Shown here piece after piece: positions 1 through 8,719 of a DNA stretch of 64,000 bases (positions within the stretch are counted from its first letter, which is position 1; every line of letters begins with the position of its first letter). The position numbers and the translations under genes are program-made. Source of the stretch: Spirochaetia bacterium (lineage in GTDB: Bacteria > Spirochaetota > Spirochaetia > SZUA-6 > Bin103); the NCBI GenBank assembly GCA_965203055.1, contig OZ241863.1:4448001-4512000 (forward strand), in the 5' to 3' direction. Below the pieces are notes generated by a model, which ran no database searches, was not told the DNA's origin, and saw nothing but the letters and a program-made list of their open reading frames with translations.

Positions 1-840
1 CTGAAAGTCCTCCTCCTTGCCGTTGTGGGGGGTGGCGGTCAGCAGCAGGAAGTGGCGGGTCAGCCGTCCCAGCGCCTGCCCCAGGCGGTAGCGCTTCGTG
101 TAGCGCACCTCGCCGCCGCTGAAGGTGGCCGCCATCTTGTGCGCCTCGTCGCAGACGATCAGGTCCCAGCGGCCGTCGGGCGCCTGCAGCTTCTGCTGCA
201 GCGCGTCGTCGCGCGCCAGCTTGTCGAGCCGCGCGATGGCGAGGTCGGTCTCCAGGAACCAGTTGCCGGTGCGCGCCGCGGCCAGCTTGTCGTTGGTGAG
301 GATGTCGAACCCCAGGTGGAAGCGGCGGTACAACTCGTCCTGCCACTGTTCGGCCAGGCTGCCGGGGCACACCACCAGACAGCGCTGCAGGTCGCCGCGC
401 GCGAGCAGCTCCTTCATCAGCAGGCCGGTCATGATCGTCTTGCCGGCGCCGGGGTCGTCGGCCAGCAGGAAGCGCAGCGGCTGGCGCGGCAGCATCGCCT
501 CGTACACCGCGGTGATCTGATGCGGCAGCGGCTCCACCAGCGAGGTGTGCACCGCCAGCGTGGGATCGAACAGGTGCGCGAGGCGGATGCGCAACGCCTC
601 CGACACCAGCCGGAACAGCTCGCCGTCGCCGTCGAAGCTCCACGCACGGCCCTGCGCGGCGCTCGCCAGGCGCGCTTCGTCTTCCCGGTAGAGGAGCTCG
701 CTGCCCAACTCGCCGTCCGCGCCGCGGTAGGTCAGCTCCAGCGCCTGCGCCCCGAACCAGCGCGCGCTCACCACCGTGACCGGGGCCTCGGCCAGGATGC
801 CGCGCACGCTGGCGCCGGCCTGCAGGTCCTCCAGCTTCAC
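1..840 (-). CDS. SNF2/RapA-like helicase, N-terminal part (runs off the left edge)
   Basis: Manual translation of the minus strand from GTG at 840: (M)KLEDLQAGASVRG...PLPHQ...LRFLLADDPGAGKTIMTGLLMKEL (motif I)...WDLIVCDEAHKM (motif II)...LLLTATPHNGKEEDFQ (motif III). Not in the ORF track because it is truncated. Confidence 0.85.
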   Translation of the reverse strand, partial: MKLEDLQAGASVRGILAEAPVTVVSARWFGAQALELTYRGADGELGSELLYREDEARLASAAQGRAWSFDGDGELFRLVSEALRIRLAHLFDPTLAVHTSLVEPLPHQITAVYEAMLPRQPLRFLLADDPGAGKTIMTGLLMKELLARGDLQRCLVVCPGSLAEQWQDELYRRFHLGFDILTNDKLAAARTGNWFLETDLAIARLDKLARDDALQQKLQAPDGRWDLIVCDEAHKMAATFSGGEVRYTKRYRLGQALGRLTRHFLLLTATPHNGKEEDFQ

Positions 841-935
841 GGCCGCGATGATAGCAGAACCTGGCAGGACCCACCCCGCGCCCGGACGCTCCGGTAAACC
901 TGCCCTGCCTGCCGGCGGGCGGGCGGAAACACCGT

Positions 936-994
936 TTGACGCCGCCGCCGCGGCGCACTATATTTCGGCAAATGCGACCGGAAAAGTCGTATTT
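936..994 (+). promoter_or_regulatory. sigma70 promoter plus IscR/Rrf2-type operator upstream of rrf2-sufBC
   Basis: TTGACG (936-941), 17-bp spacer, TATATT (959-964), then the palindrome AAATGCGAC-N7-GTCGTATTT (970-994). Confidence 0.75.
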
Positions 995-1006
995 TCAGAG
1001 TCGGCG

Positions 1007-1486
1007 ATGGTGAAGATCAGCCGCAAGGTGGAGTATGCATTGATGGCGCTGCAGCACATGCGCGGGCAGCGGTCGGGACAGATGGTGTCGGCCAAGGACC
1101 TGTGCGCCGCCTACCAGGTGGCGTTTCCCATTCTGTCCAAGGTGCTGCAGAACCTCGCCGCGGCCGGGGTGCTGCGCTCCGCCCAGGGCGCTCACGGCGG
1201 CTACCAGATTGCGCGCCCGCTTGCGGAGGTCACCTTCGGAGAGCTGTCGGAAGCGGTGGTGGGGCCGCTGCAGTTCTCCTACTGCCTGCACCGCGACCGG
1301 GTGCGCTGCCAGCTCGCCGAGTGCTGCAACGTGATCTCCCCCGTCGTCCGGCTGAGCAAGCGCATCGAGGAGTTGTTCTACAACATGAGTTTGGAAGAGT
1401 TGCTGCACGCCGAGGAACCGCAGGAGGCGGCGATTCGCGCCCGCCACAACGCCGCGGCCCCGGCGGAGGAACTGGTATGGAAATAG
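1007..1486 (+). CDS. Rrf2-family (IscR/SufR-like) transcriptional regulator
   Basis: [15 protein letters not shown]...LSKVLQNL...[13 protein letters not shown]; Cys cluster YC-x7-C-x4-CC; first gene of the suf operon. Confidence 0.9.
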   Translation: MVKISRKVEYALMALQHMRGQRSGQMVSAKDLCAAYQVAFPILSKVLQNLAAAGVLRSAQGAHGGYQIARPLAEVTFGELSEAVVGPLQFSYCLHRDRVRCQLAECCNVISPVVRLSKRIEELFYNMSLEELLHAEEPQEAAIRARHNAAAPAEELVWK

Positions 1487-2966
1487 CGGCCCACGACGCC
1501 GGCCGCGGCACGGCGCTCACCAGGGAGCAGGCGGAACGCGAGCTCTCCGGCCGCGTCTACGAGCACGGCTTCTACACCGACGTCGCCGCCGACCAGGCGC
1601 CCAAGGGCTTGAACGAGGATATCGTTCGCCTGATTTCGCGCAAGAAGGATGAGCCGCGGTTCATGCTCGACTTCCGGCTCAAGGCATTGCGCCGCTGGCG
1701 CGAGATGGAGGACCCGTGGTGGCGCCCGGTGGACCATCCCCCCATCGACTATCAGGCGATCCGCTACTACTCCGCGCCCAAGGCGGCCGGCGCCAAGCCG
1801 GGCCCCGCCTCGCTGGACGAGGTCGATCCCGAGATCCTGCGTACCTTCGAGCGCCTCGGGGTGCCGCTGAGCGAGCAGAAGCGGGTCATGGGCGTGGCGG
1901 TGGACGCGGTGTTCGACTCGGTGTCGGTGGGCACCACCAACCAGGAGCAACTGCGCGAGCTGGGCATCGTGTTCTGCTCCATCAGCGAAGCGCTGCGGGA
2001 GCATCCCGACCTGGTGCGGCGCTACCTCGGCTCGGTGGTGCCGGCCGCGGACAACTTCTACAGCGCCCTGAATTCGGCGGTGTTCACCGACGGGTCGTTC
2101 TGCTACATCCCGCCGGGAGTGAAGTGTCCCATCGACCTGTCCACCTACTTCCGCATCAACGCCGCCGAAACCGGGCAATTCGAGCGCACTCTGATCGTGG
2201 CCGACCGCGGCAGCTCGGTGAACTACGTCGAGGGCTGCACCGCGCCGATGCGCGATGAAAACCAGCTCCACGCCGCGGTAGTGGAGATCGTGGCGCTGGA
2301 CGATGCGGTGGTGAACTACTCCACGGTGCAGAACTGGTACGGCGGCGACGCAGCCGGCAACGGCGGCATCTACAACTTCGTCACCAAGCGCGGCAAGGCG
2401 GCGGGCCGCAACTCCAAGATCTCCTGGACCCAGGTGGAGGCCGGCGCGGCGATTACCTGGAAGTATCCCAGCGTGATCCTGCTCGGCGACGGTTCGGTGG
2501 GCGAGTTCTACTCGGTGGCGTTGACCAATAACCGCATGCAGGCGGACACCGGCACCAAGATGATCCACGTTGGCCGCAACACCACCAGCACCATCGTCTC
2601 CAAGGGAATCTCCGCCGACCATTCCCGCAACGCCTACCGCGGCCAGGTGCGCATTCAGCCCGGCGCCGCCGGCGCCCGCAACTTCACCCAATGCGACTCG
2701 ATGTTGGTGGGCAACGAGTGCCAGGCCAACACGTACCCGTCGATCGAAGTGCGCAACGATACCGCCACCGTCGAGCACGAGGCGTCCACCTCGCGGATCG
2801 GGGCGGAGCAACTGTTCTACCTGGCGACCCGCGGGCTGGACATGGAGGCGGCAATCGCGCTGCTGATCAACGGCTTCTGCAAAGAGGTGTTCAAGCAACT
2901 GCCGCTGGAGTTTTCGGTGGAGGCGGTCAAGCTGCTGGAGATGAAACTGGAGGGCAGTGTCGGCTG

Positions 2967-2967
<1 letters not shown>
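1477..2967 (+). CDS. sufB: Fe-S cluster assembly protein SufB
   Basis: [61 protein letters not shown]. Confidence 0.97.
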
Positions 2968-3755
<788 letters not shown>

Positions 3756-3791
3756 CGCCAGCGCCGTAGCCGAGCGCCCGCCGGCTGCGCG

Positions 3792-6700
3792 CTAACCGCA
3801 AGCGCGAAGTTCTTCAAGCCACGGAAGCACCGCGGTGCGGTCGAAAACGTCCCAATGCGTCTGGTTGCCGTAGTCATTCAGGCACTTGCCGCACGAGCTG
3901 GCACAACCGGCTCGACAGTCGAGGACGCGAATCGCCTCGTCAAGCAGCCGCTCGGTGGAGATCCCCTGCTGTTCCGTGGAGCCTAGCCGTCGCACGAAAC
4001 CGGCGCCGCCCGCTACGGTGTCGTAGAGGACCACGACCGGGTGCCCCCGGTCTATCTGAAACGTTGCCGCAAGATCGCGAGAATCGGTTTGCAACAGGCG
4101 CAGCCCGGCCAGCCTAAACGCTTCCGCCAGGGTACGTGCGAATTCAGCCGCCGGCGTCGCCGGCATCGGTTTTCGGAACGTGAAGGCACGTACGTCGGTC
4201 TCGAATACGTGGCCAAGGTCAACCGGATTCCTCAAGGTGACCTGCGGGCAGTTTTCTCCGGTTCTTGGATTCTTGTGGCGCGACTTGATGGGCTTGCCGT
4301 AGCGGGAATCGAGAGGTGCGGACTCGGCGTGCTCGCACGTCGGACAGCGAAGATAACCTCCCCCGCGCATGCCTCGATTGACGACGAAGAGCCTCCCATG
4401 CGGAGCGCCGCCGCCATCCCTTGGGAACGCAGCGGCATAGAACGTGTGCAACAGCGGCACATCGGTCTCATGGTAGGCCCCGGCAGGCGGCCGGGTCAAC
4501 AACCGCGCTTCGTCGGCTGGCCGCTGTCGAACCCGTGTCGATCCGGGATCTCTGCCGGCACGTTCGGCATACGCAGTCAGAAACCCTTTCGGCTCGATGA
4601 ACGATCCCTGATGGTGGCCAGTCCACTGGTGATGGCACTGCGGGCAGGTCGGAGGAAGCAGGTTGCGGTCGTCGGCGAGTGCAACGTGTCTGCAGCTTTC
4701 GCAGACGCGATACCAGCGCTTCGGCATGAACGATTGTGGATAGCGGATGATGCCGGCGCTGGTCCAGATGCGACCGCCTGCGACCACTTCGGCTCCCGGC
4801 GCGTATTCGGAAATAGCCAGCAGCGCAGCGCGGTCGAGTTGCAGTCCGGTATCCGGGGCGCCGTACGGACTGGCTGGTCGGCCTTTGCTCGTCGAAATCT
4901 CGAGGCGGCAGGTGTGCACCGGAAAGCTGTAGGTGGGAATGACCGCTTGCCGGGAGAGCATGTCCACGAGAAACTGCGCCAACAAGTTCTTCTGTTGGCG
5001 CTGCATGGCGGCGGCCACGTTATACTGCCGATCATCGCCCGCCTGCTTCAGGCGATCTTGCAGCGTCTGCCAGCGGTTCGCAATTTCATTCACGAAGTCG
5101 GACCAGCGTCCCGCGGCACACCGATAGAGATCACATCCGCCCAACCCGGTTGACTGGATGGATCGGGGGATGGTCATTACCAACGATTCAGCCTCGGCAT
5201 ACGCAGCTTGCCCAACGTCAGACGTGGACCATGACCCAAAGGCAGATATGTGACTGCGCACCTCGTCCGCACCGAGATCATGGCCAAGGATGTCGTGCAG
5301 GCGCGGCGCTGCCGATCGGTCGGTGCCCGCCAAACACTCCCGGAAAAACCCCGCAAGTACGATCGACATTTGATGCCGACGGAAGAAGTCGGCGTTGTCC
5401 AGGGCAATGTACGGTACTGCAACGCGCCCGGACAAGTACTCGTCGAACGATTGATACTGTTCCTGATCGTAGTTGCCATTGCGGGCTATCGTCAAAGCGA
5501 CCGGAGCCGCCTGGGCGCGCCGTCCGGCGCGTCCCGCGCGTTGCTGATAGTTGCCGATCCCGGGCGGGACGTTACGGCACAAAGTCGCTTCGAGATCACC
5601 CAGATCGACGCCCAGCTCCATCGTGGTGGTGCAGCTCAGCAGGTTGACGTCTCCGTTGCGGAACTCCTCCTCAAGTTCTTCCCGTAATTGAACGCCAATC
5701 GCCGCGGTGTGTTCCCGCGCGATTGCGTTCATCGAACGTCCGGCGTCACGGCCGTCCAGATAGAGGCGCGCATAGTGGTTGTGCTGCTCCAGAGCGTCGC
5801 GTGCGTCGTTCGCGACTTCGTGCAGGGAACCCTCACACTTCCAGGAGGGGCAGATTGAGCGGACTGAGCGAAACGTCCGCGCGCCGCACACGCGGCATTC
5901 GTACAGTGGCCGCCGGCGGCCATCCTCGATGTGGAGCGTAACCAGATCCAGCGCATAGCCTGGACCGTGGCGCACGAGGAGCCTGGTTTTCTTCGCATGG
6001 TCGAAGAATGCCTTGAGTACGGCGAACGTAAGATCTCGGTTCATCCCAAGTCGCTTCAGTACCCACGAGAAGCGATTGTCATGCTGCTCAGCGGGAAGGA
6101 TTGGTCGCGGAAATGATTTTCGTCGCTGCGGTCTGTCGAGACTGACGCAGCGATTTTCTTGATTCTGACGGCCCCAGATCTTGTCGTCAGTCAGATCCAG
6201 GGTCCCGTCTGAATCGTGAATGGCTCGATCACGTCGTATCAGATCCAGTGCGAGAGCGGCGAAGTCAGTTGCCAAGGCGGTGTCCAGCTCCGGAGCGAGC
6301 TTTGCGACGGCTGCCGCAACGGCGGCCAGCGCGCGGCCGGCGTAACTCACGTGGGCAAGGCCAAGGCTCTCCAGGGACACTCGCGCCATCCCGGCAGTGC
6401 AGAACTCCGCTACAGTATGAGCAGCCAGGAGCCCGCGGGCTGAGTCTCGGCTGCGTTTGTCGCCGCGGAACTGCTTGAGCGCCGTCTGACCTTCTGGCCG
6501 CAGGCGTCGCCATACTCGGTCCGCGAGATCCGCGAATCCGGGCGCATCGTCTCCTGCGGAGCCGGATATGGAGCCGGCAATTCCAGCCCGCACCGCAAGG
6601 TCCAGGCTCGTCCGCTCGAAGAAGGGGGCGAAGAACGCCGCGTCCTGGCGATTGTCGGCGAAGGCGAGCACCTTCCGTCCCGCCATCGGGCGAGGGTATT

Positions 6701-8693
6701 CGTCGGGCTCCGGCTCGGGCAGAGCTTCGAGAAGCACCTGAGCGGCGACTGCGGAAACTGCTTCGTCGCCGGGATGCAGTGGTGAAATCGCTTCCGGATG
6801 GCGCGCGGATCGAGAGCCACAGGCAACGCAGGAGCGGAGGTACCAACGCCGTTCTTCCTGGTCTTCCTTCAGATCACAGCGGATGACCGCGACCCGACCT
6901 GCGGCCCCCTGTGCGGTAATCCGTCCGTTGGCGGCATCGACCCATTCGACCGTTCCGGCGTTGGGACTCTCGTCGTCGCTGTCCACCCCGATCTCTACTG
7001 CCTCAGGGCTGGCAAGAGACTTGATGCGAAACACATAACGGTCGGCGCCGGGAGTGGGCTTACCCGTCGCGACGTCCCCGGCCCGTGAACCTTCGAAATA
7101 GGGTTCGCCACAGTTGCGGCACGCGAGGATGTGATAGTACGGGACGTTATTCGGGTCGTCATGCGACCGCTTCAACTGCAGATCGGACCATCCTTCTTGG
7201 GTTGTCGCGTTCAGCCGTAAGCAGCCGCCCTGAGTGCTGCTGCCTGCCAGATGATAGCGTGCCGGGAGAATGGGAAATGTCTCGGCGTCGGGTCGTGCGA
7301 ACACGGCAGTCGCAATCAAGCCGTGCAGTGCCCTGTTCCGCTCTCCGGGGTCAGCCGAAGGGAACACGGCGTGGGCAATTTCAGTAAACTCCTTCAAGCC
7401 GTGCTCGAGATCGGCTGCTACCCGGTGCACCTCCTTCATCCGCGCCAAGTGCCGGGTGAGGGTACGCCCGATCGGCCCCTCCTCGGGCAGGAGGAACGGC
7501 GTTGCGCCTCGCGTACGGCAGACTTCGTTCCAAGCGCGTATCGAAGGAGCCCGAGCCTCTTGTGCTCTCAAGCGGGCGACGATCTCTCCGACCGCAATCC
7601 AGGTCGCGGGATCCACGGACTTGTCCGGTGTCTGTCCGAGCAGCGTGTGTGGCTGCCGCCGCCCGGTGATCAGGTCGTCGGAATCGAATGGTTCGCCGAA
7701 CAGATCGGAAGCAAACCGAGCCAATTCGGTTCTCCGCGTGGGATCGAGCGTGGCGCTGGTACCTATCGCCTGTATCGTTCCCGGCTCCAACCCGAGCCGG
7801 CGCTTGAGCTTGCGGATCAGAAAGGCGACTTCGATTGCCTGTGCGCCGGCGTAGGTGTGAATCTCATCCAGGACTAGAAACCGGAGTCGTGATCCGCTGA
7901 ACAAGGGAGCGTTGCGCGGCAACAGCAGCAGGTGCTCCAGCATTGCGTAGTTGGTGATAAGGATATGTGGCGGCTGTCTCAACATCTCGCTGCGGGAGAG
8001 TCGCCACGATTCCGGGATCGAATCGCCCTCCTCCAGATCGAGAACGCGCATCAGGGCATCGTTGCGGATGAGTCGGTCCTGTTCCTGCTCTCTCGTTGCC
8101 GATGATCTCACCTGACCGGTGAAGCGGCCAAACGTAATCCCCGGATCACCGAGCTGGCGCAGCAGCAGCGGCGCAATACGGAAGTAGAGCTGGTCGTTGG
8201 CAAGCGCATTCAGAGGATATACCAGGATGGCGCGAACTCCAGGCGTGTCAAGGTCACCGTCGCGCAGGAGCCGGTCAATGATCGGGTAGAGAAAGCACTC
8301 GGTCTTCCCGGATCCGGTCCCGGTAGCAACAATTACGTTCCGATGATTGGCGGCTCGACGAAGCGCAGTGTCCTGGTGTCTGTGGAGAGCACGGCAAAAT
8401 ACACTTGGAGCCGTGCTTTCGAGAAGCCGCCAACGGCTGCCACAGACACCCGATTCAACGAATTGAGCGAGTGATCCGCCCTTCTCGAAGTCTGGGAGAC
8501 TCTCGACGAACGGCCCCTTCATCAAGGCGTCATCCTCGGCAATCTTATCCCGCACTGCACGCGCCAACTGGGGAGCTCTGGTCGGAGAAATTGGGACCGC
8601 GGTAGCAAGGTATCGCGCCAGCGTGGAGCGCAGTCGGTCGCGGAGTTGAATCGGATCAATATCGGCCGCTACGGTATCGGACGACTGTGCCAT
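3792..8693 (-). CDS. DEAD/DEAH-box helicase with C-terminal DUF1998 Zn-binding domain (DruE/DrmA-like defence helicase), 1633 aa
   Basis: ATGTGSGKTE, YPLNALANDQ, TNYAMLE, LDEIH, SAT, CTTTMELGVDLG, QRAGRAGRR, several CxxC pairs, YDTVAGGAGF...CRAGCASSCGKCL; GGAGG RBS upstream. Confidence 0.88.
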   Translation of the reverse strand: MAQSSDTVAADIDPIQLRDRLRSTLARYLATAVPISPTRAPQLARAVRDKIAEDDALMKGPFVESLPDFEKGGSLAQFVESGVCGSRWRLLESTAPSVFCRALHRHQDTALRRAANHRNVIVATGTGSGKTECFLYPIIDRLLRDGDLDTPGVRAILVYPLNALANDQLYFRIAPLLLRQLGDPGITFGRFTGQVRSSATREQEQDRLIRNDALMRVLDLEEGDSIPESWRLSRSEMLRQPPHILITNYAMLEHLLLLPRNAPLFSGSRLRFLVLDEIHTYAGAQAIEVAFLIRKLKRRLGLEPGTIQAIGTSATLDPTRRTELARFASDLFGEPFDSDDLITGRRQPHTLLGQTPDKSVDPATWIAVGEIVARLRAQEARAPSIRAWNEVCRTRGATPFLLPEEGPIGRTLTRHLARMKEVHRVAADLEHGLKEFTEIAHAVFPSADPGERNRALHGLIATAVFARPDAETFPILPARYHLAGSSTQGGCLRLNATTQEGWSDLQLKRSHDDPNNVPYYHILACRNCGEPYFEGSRAGDVATGKPTPGADRYVFRIKSLASPEAVEIGVDSDDESPNAGTVEWVDAANGRITAQGAAGRVAVIRCDLKEDQEERRWYLRSCVACGSRSARHPEAISPLHPGDEAVSAVAAQVLLEALPEPEPDEYPRPMAGRKVLAFADNRQDAAFFAPFFERTSLDLAVRAGIAGSISGSAGDDAPGFADLADRVWRRLRPEGQTALKQFRGDKRSRDSARGLLAAHTVAEFCTAGMARVSLESLGLAHVSYAGRALAAVAAAVAKLAPELDTALATDFAALALDLIRRDRAIHDSDGTLDLTDDKIWGRQNQENRCVSLDRPQRRKSFPRPILPAEQHDNRFSWVLKRLGMNRDLTFAVLKAFFDHAKKTRLLVRHGPGYALDLVTLHIEDGRRRPLYECRVCGARTFRSVRSICPSWKCEGSLHEVANDARDALEQHNHYARLYLDGRDAGRSMNAIAREHTAAIGVQLREELEEEFRNGDVNLLSCTTTMELGVDLGDLEATLCRNVPPGIGNYQQRAGRAGRRAQAAPVALTIARNGNYDQEQYQSFDEYLSGRVAVPYIALDNADFFRRHQMSIVLAGFFRECLAGTDRSAAPRLHDILGHDLGADEVRSHISAFGSWSTSDVGQAAYAEAESLVMTIPRSIQSTGLGGCDLYRCAAGRWSDFVNEIANRWQTLQDRLKQAGDDRQYNVAAAMQRQQKNLLAQFLVDMLSRQAVIPTYSFPVHTCRLEISTSKGRPASPYGAPDTGLQLDRAALLAISEYAPGAEVVAGGRIWTSAGIIRYPQSFMPKRWYRVCESCRHVALADDRNLLPPTCPQCHHQWTGHHQGSFIEPKGFLTAYAERAGRDPGSTRVRQRPADEARLLTRPPAGAYHETDVPLLHTFYAAAFPRDGGGAPHGRLFVVNRGMRGGGYLRCPTCEHAESAPLDSRYGKPIKSRHKNPRTGENCPQVTLRNPVDLGHVFETDVRAFTFRKPMPATPAAEFARTLAEAFRLAGLRLLQTDSRDLAATFQIDRGHPVVVLYDTVAGGAGFVRRLGSTEQQGISTERLLDEAIRVLDCRAGCASSCGKCLNDYGNQTHWDVFDRTAVLPWLEELRACG

Positions 8694-8719
8694 GTCTACC
8701 TCCCTGATCAGATAGTTCC

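Noticed and set aside
25..897. Plus-strand 290 aa ORF
   Set aside because: Antisense shadow of the SNF2 helicase on the minus strand.
1102..1476. Long N-terminal extensions in the ORF track (SufB, SufC, SufU, ThrB, HD hydrolase 59209..61374)
   Set aside because: They overlap neighbouring genuine genes; downstream starts with overlapping stop/start junctions fit the family lengths.
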